Positions 47,072 through 55,950 of a DNA stretch of 64,000 bases are shown here, piece after piece. This DNA is from a virus, in the IMG/VR virus record IMGVR_UViG_3300035661_000038, positions 1 to 64,000 of that record; one strand, 5' to 3'. Every line of letters starts with the position of its first letter. Position 1 is the stretch's first letter. Below the pieces are notes generated by a model. The model made no database searches. It was not told the origin of the DNA and was given only the letters and a program-made list of their open reading frames with translations. The position numbers were made by a program, and so were the translations under genes.

Positions 47072-48511
47072 TCACTCCCAGTAGCCGGTGAACGAAACCA
47101 AGAACGTAATGACGCCCGAGCTCGTGGCAGTACCGAGGTTCTTGAGCACCGTCTGGATGAACTCGCCGGGCTGCACAACGATCGGCGCCGCCGAAAAGTC
47201 CGCGATCACCGATCGATCGTCACGAACGCCAACCGCGGCAGAGGCCGCGAACACCTGAATCCCAAGCGGCACACGACGCGGCGCCTTCGTCGTCACGGTC
47301 TCCGTGGTTGCGAGCGAAACAGCGGTGTGCCCGAATGCAAGCGACCACGCGGCGATGACGGGGCCGCCCGCAAGCACCGTGGTCACCGCGCCTTCGATCT
47401 TGACCCCGGTGATGTAGAGCGACTTGCCGGGGATGGTCGCGGTGCCTGCGGGCACCTGGTAGCTGCTGATGATCCCATCGGTGCCGGCCGCGAGCGTCGG
47501 CTGAAGCGAAAACTGCCCGCCGAGTCCCGAGCCAAGCGCGGCGGTCGTGTTCGACGCCGCTGCACCAGTACCCGCGGCAAGGTTGTTCGTGTAGAGCGCC
47601 GTCGAGCCCATCGTGCCGCCCGTCGGCCCCTGGCAGCTCATGTCGCCGCAGCCGACCGCCTGGTGACCCCACGGCTTGTTCGTCGCGATGTCGCCAAGCG
47701 ACACGTCGACGAGCCCGACCTTCATCACCTGCGCCGCGCTCGTGGCGCCCGTGTTGTACGTACGCAGCAAGATCGGCAACGACTGCACCGCCATCACAGC
47801 ACCAGCCGCGGCCACTCGCGGGACGATGCCGACGAGCACGTTATCGATCCAGAACGTCACGTCGTCATCGCTAATCCCGACGATAAAGTGCCGGGTAGTA
47901 TTGGTCCCGACGAGAGACGCCGCCGAGAGCGCGGGCGTCACCTGCTCGACGCCCGCCGAGTCGATGTAGACGCCCTTGAACGAGCCATCGGCGAAGTAGC
48001 GGAAAAACGCACCTGCCGTCGGTGCAGTCGTGCCGGTGGCGATGCCGAAACCCCACTCACTCACGTTGTTCGCTTGTGGGAGCTGGGCGAACTGCAACGT
48101 GCACTCGAACCACAGCACGCTCGTGCCCTTGAAGGTGAAGCTGCGATAACTCGACACGCGCGCGACGGCGCCAGACGCGGTAGACGCGCCTGCGTTCAAC
48201 GTGAGCAGCCCACCCGCCACGGTGACGGTCGCGGTCGTGGCGGGAGCCGTCCAGATCGCCGAATTCAGCGCCGTGCCGGGAAAAAGCTCTGTGAAGAGCA
48301 CCGTGTCGATGCTCACGCGAAGGCGGAAGTCCTTCGAGGCTTCGAGTGCGCGCACGAGGCGCGTGGCCGTGGCGGTGCCGGCATCGACCTCGGATGCGAG
48401 CGACGCAAACCCCGACTTGGTCTCATCCGAGTTGAGCGCGATCTCCAACTCGTGATTCGCGTTGACTTCGGCGACGACGCCCCCGAGCCCCTGAATCGGA
48501 AGTCCAGCCAT
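47072..48511 (-). CDS. Putative virion structural protein (lectin-like beta fold)
   Basis: 479 aa, T/A/G-rich, VTFWIDNVLV. Confidence 0.55.
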   Translation of the reverse strand: MAGLPIQGLGGVVAEVNANHELEIALNSDETKSGFASLASEVDAGTATATRLVRALEASKDFRLRVSIDTVLFTELFPGTALNSAIWTAPATTATVTVAGGLLTLNAGASTASGAVARVSSYRSFTFKGTSVLWFECTLQFAQLPQANNVSEWGFGIATGTTAPTAGAFFRYFADGSFKGVYIDSAGVEQVTPALSAASLVGTNTTRHFIVGISDDDVTFWIDNVLVGIVPRVAAAGAVMAVQSLPILLRTYNTGATSAAQVMKVGLVDVSLGDIATNKPWGHQAVGCGDMSCQGPTGGTMGSTALYTNNLAAGTGAAASNTTAALGSGLGGQFSLQPTLAAGTDGIISSYQVPAGTATIPGKSLYITGVKIEGAVTTVLAGGPVIAAWSLAFGHTAVSLATTETVTTKAPRRVPLGIQVFAASAAVGVRDDRSVIADFSAAPIVVQPGEFIQTVLKNLGTATSSGVITFLVSFTGYWE

Positions 48512-48790
48512 TCAGTTCCACACCCACCGGACAGTCCACTGCCCAGTGAGGCTCCAATCGGAAGTTGCGTAGATGGTGAAACCCGTGCCCGCGACGATTT
48601 GCCCGACGCGCACGATGATGGGCACGATGCGGTGCTCCACCTCGTTGTGATCGGCGGAAGTCTCTGCCATGAGCCACGCCTCCGCGACGGAGCTAGCCGA
48701 GATGCCCGCCTGGCCCGTGACCACAACCGAAGCCACGGGACTACCCGGCGCAGCGCCGAAGTCGAGCGTCGCAGTGCCAGTAGCACCCAT
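48512..48790 (-). CDS. Small structural protein
   Basis: GTATLDFG..GFTIYA..WTVRWVW. Confidence 0.6.
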   Translation of the reverse strand: MGATGTATLDFGAAPGSPVASVVVTGQAGISASSVAEAWLMAETSADHNEVEHRIVPIIVRVGQIVAGTGFTIYATSDWSLTGQWTVRWVWN

Positions 48791-48791
48791 G

Positions 48792-49229
48792 TCAGGTCTC
48801 CGTCACCGACGACGCGGCTGCGATCTGCGGCGTGACGCCGTTCGTGATCACGATGTTCGGAGTCAGCGTGCCTGAGTAGAGGATCTCACCCGCACCGCTC
48901 GCGAGCGAGCCGATCGAAAAGTGCGTCGCCGTCACGGAACCACCCGTGCACGCGGCGAACGTCACCGCCGAGACGAAGGTCACGACGTTGGACGCGACGT
49001 TGAAGCCGGCCGCCGAGCGCGCAACCGCGACGCGCGCGTAGCCACCGGCATACGCGACTTCGTTGGTCGACTGGTCGCCAGCGCTCGGGTCGGCCGTGTG
49101 CAACGCCACGTAGAGCGAGCCCGCCGTGCTCGATGGCTGTAGCCCGCCCGCGTTGCCAATATTCGCGATCGCCGTGTTCTGAAAAATCAGCTTGAGCAAG
49201 TCGTTGTCGAACGTCGTTCCCTTCGGCAT
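48792..49229 (-). CDS. Conserved fibre-associated phage protein
   Basis: LYVALHTADP..NEVAYAGGYARVAV..ILYSGTL. Confidence 0.7.
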   Translation of the reverse strand: MPKGTTFDNDLLKLIFQNTAIANIGNAGGLQPSSTAGSLYVALHTADPSAGDQSTNEVAYAGGYARVAVARSAAGFNVASNVVTFVSAVTFAACTGGSVTATHFSIGSLASGAGEILYSGTLTPNIVITNGVTPQIAAASSVTET

Positions 49230-49318
49230 GTCCACGAGGCTACGCGGGCCACCGCACGACACAAGCGCTTAGCCCCGAGGCACCAGAAGGGATTCTGGCA
49301 ACGCCATGATTCGCCGAG

Positions 49319-49702
49319 CTATCTGCGTGGGAGCATCCCGCGCAGCTCCTCGGGCGTGCCGCGCTCCAATCGCTTCGAAAGCGGCGCGAGCTCCCCCACA
49401 CGCGGGCCGCGCGCTGAGATCGACTTCGACGTCTCGAGCTCGGGCATCGGGTACGCGATCGGCTCCTTGTCGGCGAGCATAAGCAGCGCCACCTCCGCGC
49501 GCGTCGCGTTGCGCGTCGCGGTCGCGAGCTTCTTGCGCGCAAGCTCGCGCGCCGGCGACTGCTGCGGGCTCTTCTCGTAGCGGCGCCGCGCCTTGCGCAG
49601 CTTCGCCGACCACACCTGGTACGCGCGGATCGCCTCCGCGAGCTCGCGTGAGATCACCGCGAACGAATCCGCCTCCACCGTCGCGCCCACGAGCCCCTTC
49701 AC
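49319..49702 (-). CDS. Hypothetical protein
   Basis: GTGA-coupled start VKGLVG. Confidence 0.55.
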   Translation of the reverse strand: MKGLVGATVEADSFAVISRELAEAIRAYQVWSAKLRKARRRYEKSPQQSPARELARKKLATATRNATRAEVALLMLADKEPIAYPMPELETSKSISARGPRVGELAPLSKRLERGTPEELRGMLPRR

Positions 49703-50058
49703 GCCGCACCCCCCGGTGCACTCATCCCCAACCGCGCGTCCCGCGTCGCCGCATCGCGCACGACCATCCGCGCCGCCTCGACGAGCAGCGCGTTCCAGCC
49801 CTTCGGGTCCTGAGCGCTGCGCGCGAGCGCGATCGCGTCGACGTAGACACGCGCCTCGATGGTGAACGTCTGCCCCTTCGGGTCGGGCGTGAACTCGATC
49901 GCGAGGTCGAGCGGGCTCTGCTGCGTCTTCGGGTCCTCGTGCCAGAGCGACCACGCGATCGTCATCGTCTCACCCGAGAGCAACCCGTGCGTCTTCGGCT
50001 CTTTGACTGCCGCGCGCACCCCACGATCGATCTCCAACGACGTTCCGATCTTCTTCAC
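49699..50058 (-). CDS. Hypothetical protein
   Basis: 119 aa, GGAGG RBS. Confidence 0.65.
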   Translation of the reverse strand: MKKIGTSLEIDRGVRAAVKEPKTHGLLSGETMTIAWSLWHEDPKTQQSPLDLAIEFTPDPKGQTFTIEARVYVDAIALARSAQDPKGWNALLVEAARMVVRDAATRDARLGMSAPGGAA

Positions 50059-50390
50059 GGCAACCTCCGCGGCGGCTTGAGCACCTTAGGTCCTAACCGC
50101 CAATCCTCGGTCAGTGCAAACGACCCCATAGCGAACCGCCGCTCTGCGTAGTTCTCCACCGGCCCGATATCGCCCGTCTTGCCGAGCCGCGCGAGCACCC
50201 CCTCCACCCATTGGCGCTGTCCCGCGGTGAGCACGCGACCGAGTACAATGCGGCCACGGTGATGGTTAAGAGTGTTGATCTCGGCGGCATCGAGACGATC
50301 GGGATCGTCCAGCGCCAGATCGATCATCGCCCCGTCTCGCCGCCGCTGAGCGGCGGCGAGTTGCTCATCTGAAAGTCCAATGCGGCTCAT
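50055..50390 (-). CDS. Hypothetical protein
   Basis: MSRIGLSD start. Confidence 0.55.
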   Translation of the reverse strand: MSRIGLSDEQLAAAQRRRDGAMIDLALDDPDRLDAAEINTLNHHRGRIVLGRVLTAGQRQWVEGVLARLGKTGDIGPVENYAERRFAMGSFALTEDWRLGPKVLKPPRRLP

Positions 50391-50489
50391 GTCGGTCAAG
50401 CCTAGATGCCGCGCCCGCGCCGCGCACAAATCGATCAATCGACCCGGCCGCCGTCGACCCACTCTGCGCACACGTCGCCAACGAGGTAC

Positions 50490-50511
50490 GACCAAAAGGT
50501 GCCTTTTGGTC
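50490..50511. repeat. 22-bp dispersed palindrome, copy 9 (core GGTGCC)
   Basis: Abuts the stop of the ParB-N gene. Confidence 0.95.
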
Positions 50512-50512
50512 G

Positions 50513-50929
50513 TCAGCGCAGGTGTGCCCACCGTGCGAGCCCGCTTACCCCGTCGAGGTCGACGACACGCGCCGGCGCCGTCGTCTCACCGCGTTGGACG
50601 GCAGCCGCGAGGCGATGATGCCCGTCAAAGATCCGCAACTCCCCGTCCCGCCGAAACACCGTTGGTAGGTCCACGAGCATCCCCCGCGCGTTGCGCTTGC
50701 CCTTAGCGACGTCGGGGGGGTCCTTCGCGAACCGCGCGACTTCCGCCGGGTCGACGGTCGGCTGAGTCGCAACGAGCTCCGAGAGCGTCACACGCTCGAC
50801 CGGCGCGCGCTCGACGAGCTTGTCGAACGCCGCCGTCGGCACCGAGAGGCGCGGGCGCGCGTCACGTACCGGCCACGGCACCGGCACGCCGTCGCCGCGG
50901 CGCATGTCGGGCTTCCTCTCGCCGGGCAT
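50513..50929 (-). CDS. ParB/Srx N-terminal domain protein (no HTH)
   Basis: LSELVATQ..LPTVFR..IFDGHHRLAAA. Confidence 0.8.
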   Translation of the reverse strand: MPGERKPDMRRGDGVPVPWPVRDARPRLSVPTAAFDKLVERAPVERVTLSELVATQPTVDPAEVARFAKDPPDVAKGKRNARGMLVDLPTVFRRDGELRIFDGHHRLAAAVQRGETTAPARVVDLDGVSGLARWAHLR

Positions 50930-50990
50930 GCACGCGAGCTTACACCGAGCGGCACGCGCACGAGGCACCCCGAGAAGCGCCGAAAACGAC

Positions 50991-51022
50991 TCGACCCCGG
51001 CCCATGGTCGGACCGGGGTCGA
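50991..51022 (-). terminator. Hairpin followed by a T-run on the - strand
   Basis: tcgaccccgg...ccggggtcga. Confidence 0.5.
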
Positions 51023-51084
51023 AAACGCGCGAGCGAGGCGCCTAGCGGCTCTGCACCGTCCAGTTGGTCACATCACACCAATCA

Positions 51085-51522
51085 TCACGCGTGCGCATAG
51101 CCATCGGCCTTGACGTAATCGGCGATCGCCACGAACGCATCCGCGTCCGCCTCGAACACCCGCTGAGCGAGGCTCGTGAAGATGGTCCGCTTCACCGCGA
51201 GCCCCGACGCGCACACCAGCTTGTGCTTCGCGAGCGCGTACCCGAGCTCGATGTACGCGCCGCGCGAGGCCGTCACCGGCGCAAGGAACCACACGATGTC
51301 CGCGCGATCGATGCCGTCAGTGAGGTCGTTCGTCGCGCGGTGCACGCGCTCCTCGTCGGTGAGCATCGCGTCGCCGCCCTTGGCGATGCTCGCTTCGATG
51401 CCGTCGGTCCAGTCCACGGTGATCTCCACGCCGATGTCACGGAGCGCTTTGAGCCAGGCGCGCACCCGCACGAGCTCCAGCCCCGACCCCGCGACGTAGA
51501 CCCGAAGCGCTCGCTCGCTCAT
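51085..51522 (-). CDS. Nucleoside 2-deoxyribosyltransferase-like protein (in frame with a coiled-coil ORF from 51942)
   Basis: VYVAG, DWT, DGIDRADIV, SRGAYIELGYALA. Confidence 0.75.
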   Translation of the reverse strand: MSERALRVYVAGSGLELVRVRAWLKALRDIGVEITVDWTDGIEASIAKGGDAMLTDEERVHRATNDLTDGIDRADIVWFLAPVTASRGAYIELGYALAKHKLVCASGLAVKRTIFTSLAQRVFEADADAFVAIADYVKADGYAHA

Positions 51523-51938
51523 CGGCCGACCATAGCGCACTGCGCGCCCCCCGAACGCCGTCCAAGAAGAATCGTCGACCCGTCGCGCACCCTCACGCGC
51601 GATGGTTTCCGCCGTGCCCAGGTCCGTGGCCTTCCTCGCTGCGCCGCGGATGCGCTCGGCGCGCTTCGCAATCTTCTTCCTGAGCTCCGCAACGTCATTG
51701 CGGACAACGTGGCCCTCGTGATCCACCTTCAACCCGCACGGGCACGCGTCCGCGAACCGTCGATAAAGCTCGTCGAAGCGCCGCGCCTCATCCTCGCGCC
51801 GCTCCTTCGCGCGCTTCCTCGCGGCCTTGGACCGCGCTTTGAGCCGAGCGACGACACGGCGCCCGGCATCGCGCTCAGCGCGCGCCTCTTCGAGCTCCTC
51901 GCGCAACCGCGCGATCACGTCCTCGGGGTCGCGCGCCG

Positions 51939-52124
51939 TCACGGCACCTCCACGACGCGCCACGCGCCTTCCAGGGCAACGATGAGCGCGGCCTGCTCGG
52001 CGTTCTCTCGCGTGGGGAACCGCGCGGCGTCCGCGCGCCGGCCCCAAAGATGGAGCGCGCTCCCGCACGCGTACTCGACGAGGCGCGGTTCACACGGGTC
52101 GTTCCGTTCGATCACGAAGGCCAT
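51939..52124 (-). CDS. Small hypothetical protein
   Basis: GGAGG RBS, MAFVIER..AARFPTRENAE. Confidence 0.6.
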   Translation of the reverse strand: MAFVIERNDPCEPRLVEYACGSALHLWGRRADAARFPTRENAEQAALIVALEGAWRVVEVP

Positions 52125-52290
52125 CAGCGCACCTCCGGGACAAACGCGAGGCGCTGCGGACGAGGAGCGGGCGAGGGGATGGGCGCTCGGGGCATACGCT
52201 CTCGATGCCGCGCGTGAGCGCGCCTGCGCCCCGAGGACGCGTCGAGGTGGGAGCGGACGACGGTTGCCCCGTCTGCGGGCGGCGGACGCG

Positions 52291-52413
52291 CTAGGCGGCC
52301 CGCTCGCGCGCCTCGCGGGCGCTCTTCTCGCGGTGGCACGAGATGCAAAGCGTCTGGAGGTTCGCGAGCCCGCCCGCGCCCCCGCGCCGTCCCTGCACCG
52401 CGGTCGATGCCAC
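52291..52413 (-). pseudogene. C-terminal fragment of an HNH endonuclease
   Basis: GGAGGLANLQTLCISCHREKSARE*; N-terminal half missing. Confidence 0.65.
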
Positions 52414-52417
52414 TGAC

Positions 52418-52439
52418 GACCAAAAAGCGCCTTTTGGTC
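52418..52439. repeat. 22-bp dispersed palindrome, copy 10 (extended 52413-52444)
   Basis: ctgacGACCAAAAAGCGCCTTTTGGTCgtcag. Confidence 0.95.
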
Positions 52440-52440
52440 G

Positions 52441-52644
52441 TCAGTCACCCCGGCCTTCGCGCGCGGCCTTCTGGTGGGCCTTGAAGGCACGCTCGCCGAT
52501 GGCCTTCTTGCGCAACCACACGGCCAGCGCCTTCGGGTCGTCGATGTCATCCTTGCCTTCGAGATCGCCAGCGAGCTTAGACGCGCCCTTCGACCTCGCC
52601 CACACCATCAGTCCCTTGTTCTGCTCAGGCACCGTCTTAGCCAT
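52441..52644 (-). CDS. Small basic protein
   Basis: 67 aa; NKGLMVWARSKG..DDPKALAVWL. Confidence 0.7.
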   Translation of the reverse strand: MAKTVPEQNKGLMVWARSKGASKLAGDLEGKDDIDDPKALAVWLRKKAIGERAFKAHQKAAREGRGD

Positions 52645-52654
52645 GAGCCCGAGA

Positions 52655-54400
52655 CTACCGCGCGAGCAGGTCGAACCCGAGCCCGCCGCCTGAGGGACCG
52701 GCGTTGCCCCCAGAGGGGATGCCGAGCTGGCGCGCGCGCTCGCGAGCCATGTAAAGCGCCATCAGCACGTCGTCAGTGTGGTTGGTCGGCGTGTAGTAGA
52801 GGCACGCGTCGACGAGGCGCTGGACCTGCGGATGGCACTTACCGTGCTGGTCGTTGGGGATGAGCCACGCGCCGTTGCGCATCTCGATGAAGAACGCGGG
52901 CACGCCCGTGTCCGGGTGAGCCTTGGCGCGTCCCGTCGTCAGCCCGTCGATGGGCACGAGCTTGTTCTTGGCGCGCGTGAACTGCTTGATGAAGTCCTGC
53001 GCGGCGTTGTTCTCGACCATGACGAGCGGGTCGAACTCGCGCACGCGGTATTGCTCCCACTTGGCGATGATCTTGTCGACGATGGTAGGTCCGTCGAGCT
53101 GGCCGCAGTCGACGTCGAGCAGAAGCCGCGTCCCGTCGTCCCAAACCTCGAACGTCACGATCGCGGTGTCGTCGTGCTCCTCGCCGGGAGACACCGCGAG
53201 GTCGACGCCGATAACGCACCACTTCGCGCGCGCTGTCGGCTTCGATTGCAACGAATAGATGCCCGCCTCGCGTGCAAGGCGCTTGGCGAGCTCGATCCAC
53301 TCCACCTTGCACAACGCCGTATCGTCGTCGCGGCACACCTGGCACTGCACCCGATTGAATTCGGCGGGGCTCTGCGTCCGGCGAAGGTTGTCGATGACGG
53401 CGACCGAGTGCCGCTCAGGCCACAGCGGCACCTGGTTGAGCGGATCGGGATCGTGCGCCGTCAAGCGCAGCGTACCCGTCGTCGCGCCGTCGACTCCGGG
53501 CACCTCGGGGCGCACGTGGGGGGCAATCTCGTCGTCGATGCCCCACGTGTCCGGCCCCTCGGTGCCGTCGAGATACTTCACGGGCGGCAGGCTGTACTTG
53601 ATGCTCCCCAGAATCGACATCCGCAACGTCGGCCACCCCGCGCGCTCGGCGCGGTGGAGCAAGTCGTCGGGGTGCCACGCCGTGTTGAGCATCACCGCCT
53701 TGGCATCCGCGGGATCGAGACGCGCGAGCGCCGTGGAATCGATCCACGTGTGCACCTTGTCGCGCTGCGCCTTGGTCGCGGTGTTGTCGCGCGTGAGGAT
53801 GTCGTCGATGACGAGCCACTTGATGCGCTTGCCGGGGAGGCGCTTCGAGTCCATCCCGCACCCCATCAGCGACGGAGTGCGGATGCCATAAGGTCGGTCG
53901 ACCACGAGCGAGTTGACCGTCCACGGCTCCCCCTTGCGCGTCGTGCGACGAAGGTCAGGGAAGACGAGCCGCAGCCGCGCGGAGGTCTCGATGTAGCTGC
54001 GCACCATCTGCAACGGGTCACGCGTCTGCGCCTCGGTGGCAGAAATGTACGCGGCACGCGTGCTCGGATCGTTGCCGAGCATCCAAAGCGTGATCCCGCT
54101 CGCGGTGAACGTCTTGGCGAACCCGGGAGGCATGAAGATGACCGACTTCGAGTGCTTCTCGATGAAGTCGAGCATCACGCGCTGATGCGGCAGAACGCGT
54201 AGGTAGTCCTGGGTCATCTCGTCGCGGAGCACGAACTCAAAGAAGTCGACGAGGCTCGTGCGCGCGCGTTGGGCGCGACGAAGCACCGCCAGCCCCGCGC
54301 GCTTGGCGATCTCGGGATCAGTGAGCGGGGCGGGGTCGTCGGGCGGGAACAGGCGGGGCAAGCGCAAATCGTTCGCGGGGCTGGTCATCGTGTCGCGCAT
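52655..54400 (-). CDS. terL: Terminase large subunit
   Basis: LPHQ, MPPGFAKT, LVIDD, NTAWHPDDL, IGVDLA, VENNAAQ, HTDDVLMA. Confidence 0.92.
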   Translation of the reverse strand: MRDTMTSPANDLRLPRLFPPDDPAPLTDPEIAKRAGLAVLRRAQRARTSLVDFFEFVLRDEMTQDYLRVLPHQRVMLDFIEKHSKSVIFMPPGFAKTFTASGITLWMLGNDPSTRAAYISATEAQTRDPLQMVRSYIETSARLRLVFPDLRRTTRKGEPWTVNSLVVDRPYGIRTPSLMGCGMDSKRLPGKRIKWLVIDDILTRDNTATKAQRDKVHTWIDSTALARLDPADAKAVMLNTAWHPDDLLHRAERAGWPTLRMSILGSIKYSLPPVKYLDGTEGPDTWGIDDEIAPHVRPEVPGVDGATTGTLRLTAHDPDPLNQVPLWPERHSVAVIDNLRRTQSPAEFNRVQCQVCRDDDTALCKVEWIELAKRLAREAGIYSLQSKPTARAKWCVIGVDLAVSPGEEHDDTAIVTFEVWDDGTRLLLDVDCGQLDGPTIVDKIIAKWEQYRVREFDPLVMVENNAAQDFIKQFTRAKNKLVPIDGLTTGRAKAHPDTGVPAFFIEMRNGAWLIPNDQHGKCHPQVQRLVDACLYYTPTNHTDDVLMALYMARERARQLGIPSGGNAGPSGGGLGFDLLAR

Positions 54401-54417
54401 GACCGTGAGGCTACACC

Positions 54418-54439
54418 GACCAAAAAGCGCCTTTTGGTC
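54418..54439. repeat. 22-bp dispersed palindrome, copy 11
   Basis: 4 bp upstream of the TAGCCT box preceding terL. Confidence 0.95.
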
Positions 54440-54440
54440 G

Positions 54441-54647
54441 TCAGCCGCCGCGCGCGAGCTCGTAGAGTGCGTCGAGTCCCGCCCGGGCGTCGCCGTCGCA
54501 GAAGATCGCCCGCTGCACCGTCGCCACAAGCTCGGCAGCCCTCGCCTCTCGCGCCTCTCGCGCGAGCCGGGCGCGCGTCGGGTGGCGACACCCCTCGCAA
54601 CACGGCGACGTCCGCCCCGAGAACACGATCGTCGAGGGCGAGCTCAC
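54441..54647 (-). CDS. Small hypothetical protein
   Basis: 68 aa; GTGA coupling. Confidence 0.45.
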   Translation of the reverse strand: MSSPSTIVFSGRTSPCCEGCRHPTRARLAREAREARAAELVATVQRAIFCDGDARAGLDALYELARGG

Positions 54648-54874
54648 GGCAGCTCCGAGAGCGACGGCGCGACGATGGTCTCATCGCTCGTCATCCACGA
54701 GACGATGCGAATGACCTGGCCGCACTCGGTGCACTCGACGATGCGCTGCTCCCCCTCGCCGTACGAGACGGCGTAGACGCACTTGCGGCACCCGGGACAC
54801 AACGTCTCAGGCTTCACGCCCATCGCGTCGAGCGTCTCAACGGCCGCGGCGATAAGCGACGGCGACGGCTTCAC
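54644..54874 (-). CDS. Zinc-ribbon protein
   Basis: CPGC..CTECG. Confidence 0.6.
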   Translation of the reverse strand: MKPSPSLIAAAVETLDAMGVKPETLCPGCRKCVYAVSYGEGEQRIVECTECGQVIRIVSWMTSDETIVAPSLSELP

Positions 54875-55824
54875 GACCGGCCTCGCTGCCGCGCTTCGCG
54901 CTCCTCAACCAACCGTTGCGCGATGTCGCGACACCTAATCGTCTCGCGACCGAAGCAGTGGGTGTTGCACAGCTCACACTCGCACTCGATCGGGTGAGCG
55001 CGAGTCGCGGCGTCGGCGATGACCCGGAGGCACGCGGAGCACGTCCCCGTCTCAGGCCGGGGACCGACAGGTGACGGGTCGGTGCCCGCCTCCAACGCCG
55101 TCAGCTCCGCCGCAAGGAGCACCGGCAGCGCCTTGGTCACCGCGTCGGGCACCGCCCGCGCCACAACATCGGTGGTGCTCGCGCGGCACCGCCCCGCGTC
55201 GCCGATCGGTTGATAGAGCGACACCGCCCATACGATCTGCTTACGGTCGAGCGGTGGGCGCACGAGTACTCGAACCGAGCCCTCGCGCGCGACGAACGCC
55301 GCGAACTCGTCGCGCATCGCCGGCGTCAAGCGCACGGCGAACGGCTGCCCGGAAATGTAAACCGAGATCCAGTCGTCATCGGGGCGCGGACGCCCGAGCA
55401 CCTCCGCGTCGATCGCCGGGTCGAGGCCGGCACGCGACTCCGCGCGCGGGCTCGCGATGCCCTCGTGGACCTCGGCCGCGCGGCGCGCCACCCACGTCGC
55501 CTTCGGAATGGCATAGATGCGCGTGAGCTCGGCATCCAAGAGGTCCGACGCACGCACGCCGACCGCCGAGCAGTAGGCAAGAAGCGTCACCGCCACGGCG
55601 CCCGCTTCCTCAAGCGGGTCGCCCGGCGGTCGCCCGTAAACGCGCTTCACGACGGCCTCGACGACGGCCGATGAGAGGTGCTCCGCTTGAGCAAGCTCGA
55701 CGGCCTCTTCGACGAGCCGGACGATGCGTTCGGCGCGGTCACGCGCGAGCCCCTCACCGAACGTCTCGCACACCCACGCATGGAGCCGCTCCTGTTCGCG
55801 GTCCAGATCCAAGGTCTCACTCAT
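54871..55824 (-). CDS. MazG-like NTP-pyrophosphatase domain + Cys-rich C-terminus
   Basis: WVCETFG..RLVEEAVELAQA..LEEAGAV. Confidence 0.6.
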   Translation of the reverse strand: MSETLDLDREQERLHAWVCETFGEGLARDRAERIVRLVEEAVELAQAEHLSSAVVEAVVKRVYGRPPGDPLEEAGAVAVTLLAYCSAVGVRASDLLDAELTRIYAIPKATWVARRAAEVHEGIASPRAESRAGLDPAIDAEVLGRPRPDDDWISVYISGQPFAVRLTPAMRDEFAAFVAREGSVRVLVRPPLDRKQIVWAVSLYQPIGDAGRCRASTTDVVARAVPDAVTKALPVLLAAELTALEAGTDPSPVGPRPETGTCSACLRVIADAATRAHPIECECELCNTHCFGRETIRCRDIAQRLVEEREARQRGRS

Positions 55825-55950
55825 CGCTGTCTCTCCGGCTTTTCACCAACCAACATCGACAACGCGCCGAACACGCACCGCCTCGTCCGACCGCGCAAGT
55901 CAGTCCGGTGAACGACTTCGATCACCACGCCGAGGACGATGCCGCGCGGG

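Noticed and set aside
45496-47091. 531-aa + strand Pro/Ala/Thr repeat ORF
   Set aside because: Antisense shadow of the repeat gene; the - strand ORF fits operon direction and start/stop coupling.
50513-50929. Complete ParABS partition system
   Set aside because: No ParA in the window, the ParB lacks HTH and dimerisation domains, and the palindrome does not match canonical parS.
51085-52068. 327-aa coiled-coil/NDT fusion as called by the ORF track
   Set aside because: The linker looks non-coding and an ATGA-type start exists at 51522; probably two genes joined by a frameshift, unresolved.
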